From Dicyema japonicum (Eukaryota; Animalia; Dicyemida), in NCBI GenBank assembly GCA_011109175.1, contig RDEW01000013.1, positions 1,195,096-1,259,095 on the forward strand: DNA of 64,000 nt, in the 5' to 3' direction. A model generated the notes under the pieces. That model was not told where the DNA came from, ran no database searches, and saw only the letters and a list, made by a program, of their open reading frames with translations. This document shows, one piece after another, positions 13,307 to 25,989 of this stretch (positions are counted from its first letter, which is position 1; each line of letters opens with the position of its first letter). Position numbers and translations under genes: made by a program.

Positions 13307-15039
13307 CTAATGGATAATTTCAATATTTCTGTTTAATAGATCTTTATTCATTAAATAATTAGAGTGACATTAGCAACAAATCAGGCTATAGCTGGCCGGA
13401 CTTAGGAAACTAATGAAATACTCATCCATTAAAGATTGTTCCGTTTTGTCTAATTGTCTCAATATATCTGGAGTGACTGGAAGAATTGGGAAACGAGTTT
13501 TAATGAAATTGGTTATTCGATTTAGAAATTTCAAAGTTCCTCAGATTTGGCGTAGTTTGTTCCAATTACAATATCTCTTGGGAACAGAGTCTAATTTGTT
13601 GCTATTTTTTTTTCTTTGATTTATTAAAAGAGCACAAAATAAATTTTCATGCTAAATTTAACAAAAATATAGGTTAATAAATGAATCCACAATTATCTTT
13701 ACATCAGATTTTTTTATGAGAAAACGATTTATTACGAAACAAGACAATCAAAATAATTCAGCTGATTTAATGGAATAGCTGTTTACCCTGACAACTGCCA
13801 AAGAAATCTTTTGGAACAGCCATTCGGTTTACCGATGCTCATTACAGATTATAAAATTTTTTTGTTTTAACTCAAAAAACAACATTTTAGGATTTTTAGA
13901 ATTGTCGATATTTATAATCTGATTTGAAAAATTTTAAATATTAACCATTATAGCTGTTCCTTCTCTTATCATGTTCTACTATAGTGGATGTCATGATATA
14001 CATGTTTCCAGCTGCGATAAAGGATCATCTGTTTTCTCCACTATTGTGAGTTCTTCCAAAAGCAAGGATGGGAAGTCTTATTCATTTTTCATTGTTTCTA
14101 GATTCACTTAAGTGGAATATTGGTACGTCTGTGTTTCATCGCTGCGGAATCGGAATTTTCCGCCCTTTATGAAAAAGTTTCCTAACCCCTTGCAGATACT
14201 TTGGGACCCTTGGCGATTTATCAACGTTTCCGCCTCTGATAAAGACTGGGGATGGATATGGTGTCTGATTGCATTTGCTACATGATCATCCGCCTGAGAG
14301 TTCATACGCTCGACCCACAAGGGAGAAGAGCGAATTTCTAAGTAGAACATGCATATTCAATCGTCGGTAGTATAACTTGGAGATATAGTTTGCTGATACA
14401 AGCAGTAAATGGGTCTGGAAGCGAGAATGTCACAAATACTATATTTTACCAGTACAAGATGTGTGTGGACAGTACATAATCACCGTGAGAATTAGTTAGC
14501 TAATAGATATTTTTACTTTCTTTGTTAAAATCGTTATTTATAAATTTTTTTATTCATTAAAATAATTTAATGGCATTATCAAAAATTTAGGCTACAGCTA
14601 GCCGAACGGAGGAACCAAAGAAATAATCATAAATTGGAGATCGTTTCGATTCGTCTAAATTATCCTCGACATTACTTAAGTGACTGAAAGACTGGGCAAA
14701 CGAGTTATCAATAAAATTTTAATGCGATTAAAAATTCACAGTTGCTAGGATTTGGCGTGTTGGTGGCAATATCTAAAGTCTCTTGCGAGCTTGAAGGTAT
14801 TCTCTTCACTTTATCAGCTTTTTATGTTTTTTGGCAAAATTTTGTATGCTTTTGACAACTCAAATAATATTTTCAGGATTTTTAGAATTCCTGATATTTA
14901 TAATGTCCTTTCAACCTCAAAGCCGGAAAATTTTACTCCAATTCAGGATCTGACTGTATAAGGACTCCCGGGAAGTAAAAAAGGTAAATTAAGCCTCCCT
15001 TGTGCCACGTTCATAAAAATTTCGTTAATTATTTTTTTT

Positions 15040-17000
15040 CAAGTACATTAATCTGAACCAAAAATTTCGATGTCTTTCGTATTGTGAAGGTAATAAATAT
15101 ACTAATTTAAAAAAATCTAATGTTATGCTTTATTTAATGAAGTCATAAATCGTTGTCTGTTTTTTATTCCTTTGAATTAACACTTCTAACTTCTTTATTG
15201 TATTTAAATTTTTCAATGCCCCAGATTCTATCATTTTGAAAAGTCATTGATTTTTGTACTTTCTTCTATAACGTTAATTACATTTAATAATTCAATTGGC
15301 GAAAATTCTCCATTGTTCTCTCCATTTTCAGCATCAATATGTATTCGTCGACATTATAATCTACACAAAAAGGGTGACGATTTCGTTCTCGTCGAGGGTT
15401 TCTGTATGAGTTATTTTTTCCTCATTAGCAAGTTCTTCCAGTTCTTTTTGTACACATCCAAAACAGGATCTTGCATTATATCTTCATTACCTATAATTCA
15501 AGACATTTTATTGTCCCTGTCTTTTTGAAACAATTTTTTATTGTGCCTTTTTTTACTTCATTCCATGCGTGAGATATCGTGAGCCTTCCGTAAATTAACA
15601 AAAAATTTTTTTTCCAAATCAAGGCTTCCATATAATCCAAAATAAGCCTTTTTCTATGATAATCTTAAAGTTCTTGATTATTCCTACATCCATTGGTTAA
15701 AAATGAGCAGTTGTGTTTTTTGAAAGAAATACAAATTCAATGTTTTCAAAAAAATTCGTCAATTATCAATCAGTAAAAAAACTTTTTTCCGTAACATTTT
15801 AAGTCATCACTAAGATGACTGGCCATTCTGGCTGAATGTAACGTCTGATGACGCCCTCTAATGAAGATCGCATTATGAAAACTATTCCGCTAAAGAATGA
15901 AGTGATGTCCGCGACGGTAGGACGTGGGACAAAAATGGAAGAAGGCGGACCTATTTCTCCACCTCTCTTCTGAAGCGGAAGCCTGTAATGAAATATTGAA
16001 AGATGGATTTGGTCAGCACAAGCAGATGTTTTCCCTTTGGTTCCTTCCTTGGATTAGTTATGACTGTTTGTACTGGGCTTACAATAATAAGCCTGTCTTG
16101 GTCTTTTACTATGCCCAATAACAAAAGGTTAATTTTTATTGTTCCAGTTGCATTAGCACAAAGAGCTATAGTGATCCTCACTTCTGATTGTTTAATGCCT
16201 TTTCTATCTTTATATAAAATTGTTCTCGAAGGGAAAGATTGAAAAAAGAGTCAACTTTCATCCATGTTTAGCAATACTTCAGGGTCAACTTCTTTTAACT
16301 TATCAATTATATTTTGTCTATTGAAATTAATTTCATCTTGTGTTAAGCTGTTAGCTTCTATGAATAACTATTAGTTTAAGATTAAATCTTGCTTCAAATC
16401 TGTTTAGCCTTTACTAAATTCAAGATCGTTGATTCCTAGCTTTTCACCAATTATTTTAGCTTGAAATGATGATATCTTCAGTAATAAAGCAATTGATTGC
16501 ATCCATTCTTGAAATCCATTCAACAAGGGAATTATCAAGTTGATGATGTTTATCAGCTGGCTGTCTTAACTTGTTAATCATAGTTTCACAGTATTCCCAT
16601 TTATCACGATTTTTAAGAATTTATGAAAGTGTTGAAATTCCCAAATAAAGGTTCATTTTTATTTCACAGATATGGGATAATTCTCTGAGAGTCATTTTTG
16701 ATGTATTTTTTATTTCACAAATCTTTCTTTTCTGAGCAATAGAAATTTCAGTCTTCTTTCTAACCATGTGGTACTGTTAAATTTTAAATTTTAATTTTAA
16801 ATTAATTTAAATATACAATAAAAACAAAATAAATTAATCCGAATTTTTTAATAAATGTCTTTCGGATTGCGGATAATGAAGTTTTGTATTATTGAAGCCT
16901 GTTTGTAAGGAATCTTCGTAAAATTTTGCTGGCTCATCAAAAAAATTCGGATTATTGAAGTTTTAGGATCATTGAAGTTCGGATTAATGAGGGTTTACTG
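15040..17000 (-). mobile_element. pogo/Tigger-like (Tc1/mariner superfamily) DNA transposon, decayed
   Basis: On the minus strand the end reads TA-CAGTAAACCCTCATTAATCCGAAC. CENP-B-like HTH N-terminus (MVRKKTEISIAQKRKIC...) and DDE fragment RITIALCANATGTIK. The other TIR is degenerate. Confidence 0.85.
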
Positions 17001-17339
17001 TATTTCTGTTTTTTGCTTTTCTCTTAAATAGTATTCGTCTTCTTCATTTAAAGTTTCTTTCAGATATTTTCAGTTTCTGGTTCAAAATAGATGGTAGTCT
17101 AGTTCTTGGCCTTCATTGAATCTCCTCCGCAAAGCGTAAAAAATGTTTCCAATGCAATAATTGCAGGAGTGTCTATTTCCATTAGTAGGATATGTCCAAA
17201 GAGCCTTCATCTTGATTTCAAGATATTTATCGATAGATCGTGAGATTTGTTACGGATATATAAATCTTAGTTTGAGATTTTCATCGGGTATCGTTTATTT
17301 TTTATAAATTTATTTTATTGAACCAAAACCATTGTCATA

Positions 17340-18135
17340 CCCAAAATAACAAAATTCAGGTGATCCTAGCCTCCCTCAACAGTCTCCACATCTTTTCTCG
17401 ATGTTCCGACTGCGTTCCTGCGCATTTCCGATATGGACGGGGTCCGCTTACTTGACTCCTTTGCAGGGCCACTGTTCCAATTGCCTCTATCATATTTTCT
17501 AGGTTTCTTGGCAGGATTTCCACTCGGGAATATTTTCTTAGAAGGTTTGCAGCCTTCGGTTGAATGTTGCATATCTTGTCCAAATTCGTAGCAGAAAAGT
17601 TAGATTAGTATCCCCAGATATTACATGCGTATCCTATTGTAGCCTCGATGAACTGTTTGTATATGACCACTCAGATTTTTTTTGTCTCTTAGGTTTCCCA
17701 AGATCGCCTTCAGGAAGTTGATTTTCCTCGTACAAGTCAATAACATATTTTCGACATATTTTGTAAAGGTTAAGAAGGTGTCAAAGGTAACTCCCAGGAT
17801 TTTTAGGTATTTGTTTTGCGGATAATTTTCCTATCCAGTGTAACGTCAATTGATACTTTCCCTAGTCTTCTGTTTGTCGTAAATAGGATCAACACCGACT
17901 TCTTCGGGCTAGCAGTCAATTGATTTTCCCAAAGCCATAAACTTAATGTTTCAGATTGTCCTGCATTCTTTTCGTTGCTTCCACAATACTCACATCTCTC
18001 GAGGCAATCACAATATCATCAGCATACGTTAATAATATGTCATCCCCCTGAGGGAGTGGCAAGTAATTCATCATAACGTTAAACAAGAGGGGAGATAATG
18101 GCGTGCTTTCCGTAGAAACAGGACGAAACACTAAA
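17340..18135 (-). mobile_element. Decayed LINE RT fragment (Jockey/I-like)
   Basis: PLSPLLFNVMM...LTYADDIVIAS, followed by KYLKILGVTFD. Confidence 0.75.
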
Positions 18136-18559
18136 AATTGAAACTAAAAAATGTTATATTTTATAAATAAAAAAATATACCAATGACAAAAAATGGAAAG
18201 ACTTAAAAGGCTAGGCAATGTATATAAATAGAGAAGTGGTATACGGACAGAAATAACATTATGCCGACACCCTTGGAGATCCTAATCTACAAAATAACAG
18301 AGGAGAACGTGATCAGGATAACCCGCCCTAAACGAGCTTGCGTAAGATCAAGTAAGGACTATGAACCAACCTGAGAGCCTGGATTACATTTATCGGATCA
18401 TTAATTTTGTTTATTCGGTTTAACAGTGGTATGTCGTTTGAACAACCCAAAATTAAAAAACATGGAGGATCAGTATCAGAAGCAGCACAATTAGTATGAT
18501 TCCATGTATGTTGATAATATAATATAGATAATCAAGTCTTATGTTAGAATAAAGAATAA

Positions 18560-18750
18560 CAATGAGGTAAAGTTTATAAAATGTAGGAATAAGCCAGAAT
18601 AGCCATCCAGATAATATACCAAAGCATGAACATTTCTATTTTCATAGAAACGGACTAGCCTGGAAGGATAACGAGAGCAACATAAAATAGCATGCTTAAC
18701 AAAATTTTATTTAAATTAAATATTTTTTTAAATTTAGAATAATATTAAAT
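18560..18750 (+). repeat. Dispersed AT-rich repeat, partial copy
   Basis: Matches 245-287 plus 2897-3022, 9220-9350 and 22630-22800. Confidence 0.8.
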
Positions 18751-20135
18751 TTTATAAAAAATCAAATATTATGACTTTGTAATTTTTAAATATTTCAAAG
18801 ATGTTCTGAGAATCCACATGAATTTTTTTGTGCTTTTTACAAAGCAATTTTCTGAGCAAACATAATAACCTTCAATGTCTAACTCATTAATCATATTAAA
18901 GTAAACTTATCAGATTAATTCTAATGAGTAAAATTCAAGGACATTGTAATGGCATGGTTATATATTGGTTTAATTGTTTATCATAAAATACTATATTTTA
19001 TTAACTGACAAAATCATGAGAGCTACATAGCTATTAAGACTGCGAGGGAGATACGCTTATACAGCCATCGGCTTTTAGGAAATTACCGGACCGAGCTGAG
19101 ATTATACTTTCGATACTTCCAAAAAATGCGCGGGACGAAGATTTTCACAGCGAGTGGACAGAACGTCACATCATGTGGAAGTCACATATTTCAGCCGCTT
19201 TAGGTTCTCGCCTTATTTCCAAAGCAGAACAGGCTTCGCTCGTGCTCACCTAAATATTGTTTGTCAAAAATAATCTAATTTTATATATTAATAAAATTCT
19301 ATATTAATAAAAATTCTTAATTAACATAACCAGTTTTTCCTTGAATTAATTTATCATCAAAGAACAAACTTTAAGACCGCCCTCCTCGTCTTTTCCAGCA
19401 TCAAGATTATTCCCCCTTCTCTGAGAGAAAAAACTACCTTTCGCAGATACAATAGTTTTAGAGTTCATTTTAATACTGTTGCATTTCCCCACATTTCTAG
19501 GATTAAATACATTCACGTGTCCATCTAGCACAAATACCTTTGAAAACAAAGATGACTGGCTATAAAAAGTTGGTCATATCAAACATTTCTGATTTAATGG
19601 AACCTTAGTGTAAGTATCAAACAGCCATGTTTTAACACAAGAGATTATGCTATTTCACAATTATGTAGATGTGTTGGAAAGTAGGAATTCACACAAAAAG
19701 TACTTGTAGTCATCATTTCTACAAATAATTGTATTGACAGTTATTGAGATACTAAATTTACTTAGTGTAGTCAGACGTCGAGGTTCTTGAGGAAAAACAA
19801 GGACTTTCTACTTATCTTTCCATTTGTCGCAACAGAAATCGCATGAAACATGAGCTGTAGAGACCCTCGATACTTTTTCCCTTTAGTCTTTTCCGGAGTG
19901 AATAGCGCCTTCACTGTACTCCCATAATATTAGTTGCAGATAAAGTGTCTAAATGGCCCAGATTACAGAAAAATTATTGGGCCAAATCTTTTTGTGTTCA
20001 TAGAAGTGGCTATTAGACGGTTGTGAATTTACTAGAGAATTGATAAGAGCTACTCGAACTAAGCTAAGAAGTTTAGGAAAATCTATTTTAACCCAATAAA
20101 ATGCCCCAATTTTAACTATGACTAATTAGCAGTCG

Positions 20136-20548
20136 TCACTGAATAGCTTTTGCTGATCCAAGGATATCTATAAGTAAATAAACTGATCAAACATTGTCGT
20201 CCAAGTTGGTCCTCTTTGATTTCATCTAAAATTTTCAGCAGAATCACTAACCTTATAATAAATTTTAATAGAAATCATCACAATCGATATAAAACACAGA
20301 ATTGCGAAAATTACATAAAGAGACATATTTAAAGATTCAATATTTCGTACAATCTATTTATAAGCAACATTCATTACCCAGTCATATATCCTATCAACAA
20401 AAGATTCTAAAATCAGTCGAAAACCCAAACCTTTCTGATGAAAATGATGATTTTTACTTTTTTTCTCTTATAAAAGTTAAAAAATAATAATACTGTGTAG
20501 AGAGTTTAGGGTATTTTGAGCGAGCAACAGTAGAGAAATGATTATCAC
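20136..20548 (-). pseudogene. Short paralog of the single-pass membrane protein family (start codon ATG to GTG, splice sites eroded)
   Basis: Signal-like VIIISLLLLAQN, exon KKSKNHHFHQK, TM exon SLYVIFAILCFISIVMISIKIYYK and last exon ILGSAKAIQ*. Collinear with the 49-50 kb and 57 kb genes. Confidence 0.55.
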
Positions 20549-20935
20549 CTACAAAGTATACTTAATCCTACAAACCATATCTGTGTCTCATTAAAACAAT
20601 ACGCAATATCTATTGTGAATTTGGTTATCCGCTTCAAAATTATAAATTATTTTATTTAAATTAAAAAAATAATATATTTAATCGTTGTCTAATTTCAATC
20701 ATTATAAAAATAATAATTTCATTTTAACTCGAGGAAACTTTGCAGATCGTCCTACAATTTATGTAATAACTCAAAAAAAACACCAAGAAAGGACTTGAAA
20801 ACTCTGAAAAAATTGAAATCCGCGAACGATCTGAACATTAAGATCCCTAGCGAACAATGAATGTATGTGGAAAATTTTTAATTTCCAAATTGTTTCTTTT
20901 GCTACACATACGACTATAAGTATTATGGTTCACTA

Positions 20936-21261
20936 ATAATAATAATAAAAAAAGCTTTTTCACGAGAGCCATAGTATTTATAGCTCCGCATAGGCAGGAC
21001 ACACACAATAATTAAATAAAGAACAGTTAATTTTTAACTAATCGTAGAACCAAAGAATGATCTTCATTTCTTTTTTCTCTTTCTTGTGTGTGAGTCCTTT
21101 CTAGACAATCCAGTTCCGCAGTGAGTATCCACTGATGACGGCGTCACTCGTCAAACCCTTTTTGCATCGTGGATGCGTGGAACCTTCCACCAGGTGAACA
21201 GCAGCGAGAATCGAACCCGTAACCTAGGTTACTTTAGCTCGACACCTAACCACTACGCCAC
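20936..21261 (-). mobile_element. tRNA-derived SINE (family C), full length, 11-bp TSD
   Basis: A box TGGCGTAGTGG, B box GGTTCGATTC, RTE-like 3' tail and (TTA)n. TSD atggttcacta at 20925-20935 and 21262-21272. Confidence 0.9.
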
Positions 21262-22629
21262 ATGGTTCACTAGAAAGTGCTTAATAATAATTTTAACTCA
21301 AAGATGTTATCCACAGCGTTTGGGAATCGCCATCGTCCGTAGCAACATCTACTATTTTCTGGAAGCTGTATTATGATTTGTTGCAATTTTTTTAAAATTA
21401 ATTAGAAACTCGAAGATTCATCTTTGTCATACAAGATTTTTTATTGTCACGCGAATTTTTAAGAATAACCATCTCAGGCAACAAAATTCTTAACGTAGTT
21501 TTGTTACCTCCACTCATAATCAACGACTGTCTCTTTAATCCGAATAATTGTTGCCGTTTTCAATAATTTATCTTCCATTAAATTAACGGGGTTAATAAAA
21601 TATTTAGGTTTTTTTGATTAAGTTTTTTTAGTCAAAATTGAATTTAATACAGATTGGAAAGGCAATCACTTCAAGGCTATGAGATGATGAGCGGTGTAGA
21701 TCCTCGAACGCTTCGGAATTGTTACCATTCATGGCAATGCTCACTGTCTCTGGCAGCAAATGTCTGATTTTTTTGTCTAGTAAATTTGATAATTCAATTA
21801 TTTTTGTTAAATCTTCAAAAAGTAAATCATTAATTTCTCTAACTTCTGGAGATTAATGATCTCAAGATACTGCACTTTTACGCAGAGTCACATCACTTAG
21901 CTCCACCAAGACAAGACTCACAGTTATTGTAACTAACCGTAGAGGAATAACCAAAGAATTATCTTCACTTTTTTGTACTTTCTGTGCCTGTGAGTCCATC
22001 TGGAGATTAATAATGTCAAGATAGTCTAGAAATAAAAATTATCATCACATTATTATCAAAGAAATTCAGATCATCGAGAAAAATGCTAAACAACTAATTA
22101 AGTGACCCCAGCTTCTAATAGTCTCCAAACTCTCCTCGAATGTTCCTCAATTCTTAAACTGAAGATTTTCTTGGAATACCCATCGTTCCTGAAAATGACA
22201 CACAGATCGAGATTCTCTGTTAACAAGAATACACGGAGAAAGAAGTTAATAGTTCACGACTAATTAAATTTTGCTTTTTATATCACACAAGTTCACCCAG
22301 AACCAGCGGAAATGTAAGGAAAGATCCAGATTTGTAGCTACGAGAATCCATCCAGCATCGTAGGGCAAATCAAAAATTCCCTTTCGCGTCACCTGAGACA
22401 GTGGTCCACATGAAGACACTCTATTAAACAAAGGAGGATAAACGGAGAAAAGGAGAGAAATATATCAAATAGCTGTAGCGAATAGAACAGACAGAGACTT
22501 GTTAGTGAAATAAAATTCGAAGCACTACCTGATTAAAAGACAGGAAACAGGCCATGGTATCTTGTTGATTTCTCCTACCGGAATCAAGCAGATTATTGAT
22601 TTTATAGTCATTATTTTATCAATAATAAT

Positions 22630-22960
22630 AAATCTAAGTAAAGTTTATGAAAATGTAGGAATAGCCATAATAGCCATCCAGTTAATTTACCAAAGCATGA
22701 ACATTTCTATTTTCATAGAAACGGACTAGCCTGGATTTTTCATGTAAGGATAACGTGAACAACATTGAATAAACGTGGTTATCACTATTTTATTTTAAAT
22801 TAAATATTTTTAATTTTAAATAATATTAAGTTTTATAAAAGTAAATGAGATTTTTTTTATTTTTGTTGACTCCGTTTATTATCTGATAGGTTACGAAAAC
22901 CCCAAATGATGGGAGAAGTTATGGCTTTTTTGTTCCTTCCGGAATGGATGACACTTTTTC
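22630..22960 (+). repeat. Uninterrupted copy of the dispersed AT-rich repeat (empty site for both RTE insertions)
   Basis: Contiguous match to sequence that is split by RTE insertions at 288, 3023 and 9354. Confidence 0.8.
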
Positions 22961-25900
22961 GGGTTAACCACAATCCACTCGCTGTTATTGGCTAATATTT
23001 CAAACCACGGTCATACAACTTTTCTTATACGTAAAAAATTCATTGCTATATAACAATCTCGTCATTTACAAAGGTTTAAATCGAATAAACCATGAAACTG
23101 AGTCAATTAACTTTTTTTAATATGATAATTTTACCGTAGTTTTCTTAAAACTTCATTCAAACTAATGAAAAATAATGGCCTGATTTTAATTGTATCCTGA
23201 TGATGATATTTTTTGAAAAAACTGATTTTTTATTAAAAAATTTTTAACTAAAGAAAACTACGACCTTTTAACTGATTATTATGCAAAGTCAGTGGCGCTA
23301 CGTCCATTATGTCAGCTGGGACCAATTGACTGGTAATCGAAGCTTAAAGTGTTGTTTCAAATAAAAGGTTTTGAGAAAAAAACTAAATTATTTATTTTAA
23401 AAATAAAATTATTATCTAACACATTCATTATCATTTTCTAATTTTTCTGACTTATAAATATCTCCAGATTTCAGCATGGACAGTATTTTCGTGACACAGT
23501 GTACTTGATGATCAAGATCATTATCCTTCAAAGTTTTTTTAGATGAACTAACTCTCTGCAAAACAAATAAAATCTTCAAATTTATATAAACATAAAATAA
23601 ACCCAAAAAGACTAACATCATCTTCCATGATCGAAGCAGTTCATTATATATTTTTAAATATTAAATTTCTAATAATTTTCAACTTGAATTTCTAATTTTT
23701 TGGTAACGTACCTTGACCGCACAGAATGTCTAATATCCACATAACTGATGAATGCCATTGTCTTCCTCTTTTTCATGAGGTTGGATGAATTAACGAAGCC
23801 AGAAGAAATTGAAAACCTAATGTGTTGAATTAAGGAAGTGTCGGAAACATCGATTATTTGAATTTAAATTCGATCGGGGCTATATTCAAGGCACTTGTAT
23901 GATAGTTAATCTGTAATTGAACATAGTTATTCTGTCATTGATCCCACTGAAAGGATATAGTCAAGCGAGTAATTTAGAATTTTGATCAATAGCTGGATAC
24001 TAAGGAAGTATGTTAATCACAAATGGACGTGGAATCTGAGAATGGACTAAAGACACCACCAAATGTTATCACGGGAGACTACTTAGCGGCATCTTGGAAC
24101 GAATTCAGTGGCTTCTTGAAATTTTTAATGCTGATCAGAGGCTGGTAAAGCAAGCAGTGAAAGACAATTGAGACGCAAAGACAGCAAAGACCTCGATTAA
24201 TTGAAACGTTTTGTTGCTAATAATAATTAAAAAATCGATAATTTTATATAAAAATTATTTATTTTCCCCAAAGCTGTAAATTACTGTACAAGGGATATTT
24301 ATGTAAGGTTAAATATTAAGAAACTGGCATTTTAAGTACTCATTCATTTCCCTGAGCATTTTACAGGACGTTTATTCTGATATTTGTTTATTTTGATCGC
24401 CATTGCTAAGATTTTCATTCTAACTTACGTTTTCAGTAAAGTTCAACAGTGCAAAATTGGTTCAGAATTGAAAAATAAAAAATCTGGTTGGATATCTATT
24501 GAAACCTCTCTAATAATATCTATTTTTTATCGTACTCTTAGTCTTCTATTTTACCCCGTTTACAATTGATCCATCTTTAGATTCCAAGTGTCCGAGAATC
24601 CATAATGTTGCTATCATATGATTGGAAGTCATAGTTTAACGATTATTGATCAAAAGTTAATGACTACTAATATTCTACGAGATTTTTGATTCAATCAAGA
24701 TCGAAGAATCCTTTTTTATTAGTTATTTTAAAAATGGGACAATTTATTAAGAGGAGAAATCATCAAATCTTATTGTAGATCACAGCAAAGGTTAATCTAC
24801 AAAGTAAATATCCTTCAACCATCCGAAGATTTGACTAATCGGTTTAATCGATGTACTTGTGACAAAGCTCTACTGAAATCGGCTTATTACACCTAATTCT
24901 TCACATTTTCAAGGTGGATGTAACGTCTCGCCCCTATTCTTGATAACTCAGAATCATCGGATGCATATAAATGAGGAAGCATCAATGAGCCAATGTCTGG
25001 GTAAGCCTGACCGAAATTCGTGGAAAATAGGACAAGAACTCATTAGGAGTAACATAGAATTATTATTCGTTAATTCTTGAATTTTTAATACTAGTTGCTT
25101 ATATTTCGATTTTATTTTTACCAAAACAAAAATGGCAAATTAACTGTCAATCAAAATTAACTAAGACTTTCGTGGATGGCGGAGAACTACGCTTAATCTC
25201 TGTCCGGTGAGTATAACTTAAGCAATTCATGGAATGAGAGATTTGCGCATTATAGCAGTTTAACTTAAGACAGAGTCAATATATTCAATTATTATAAGCT
25301 ATGGAGTATATCCTCTCTGAGTGGAATAGAAATCCTGTCAAATTGCCAGCAGCGTTCGTAGAGTTCGTCTGAACAGAGTAAGATAAGATTTACAAGTTTT
25401 TTTAAAGCATAAGAAAACAGTTTGAGAGTTATGAATGTTTCCACTGCAAACGGAACAAAAGTTAAATCAACAGAAAGCTCATCAACTTCCAATACTTAGA
25501 TGGAACGATCGAAGAAAAACTGTCGAGTAAAGTGCGCATCTCATGGTGCCACATCAATATGCGACTAACCGCTTGGCGTGAATTAATAGAAAAATTTGCC
25601 GCTCAATTTTCGACAGTTTAATATTTTAATAAAAAATTATGTTATTTATTAGAATGTTTCGGAATTTTAATTAAACTAAATAATAAAAAATAAAATTTAA
25701 ATTATATTTAACTATTGTCTTTCGTGGTTGGTTTTTTGTAAATTATAAAACTAGTTATTTTCAAATATATGACCGAAACAGCAAATGAGAAACTCCAACT
25801 ATGCTTAACTACAGATGAGTACAATTGTCTTTCTCATTCTATTAAAAAGCAAGCTTACTAATCTAGTGGATTCTAAACTACAAGAAATAGGAAAATTTAG

Positions 25901-25989
25901 GAACACGTTCCTTAAGAAATTCATTGAACAAAAGGTAAATTCAACTTAACATGAAAGAACAAAATTCTTTAGAGGAGGATTTCACAACA

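Larger units (their letters stand above)
8979..14400 (+). repeat. Segmental duplication 1, copy B
   Basis: Direct repeat of copy A, with an extra LINE-3'-like insert at about 10280-10490. Confidence 0.9.

Noticed and set aside
21125-21175. Hammerhead ribozyme (CTGATGA) in SINE C
   Set aside because: It is antisense to the SINE, has CAAA in place of GAAA, lacks a proper stem III and cleavage triplet, and the core is broken in the second copy.
21190-21261. Functional tRNA gene (also 51870-51941 and 59720-59795)
   Set aside because: No well-formed acceptor or anticodon stems; embedded in a SINE with TSDs.
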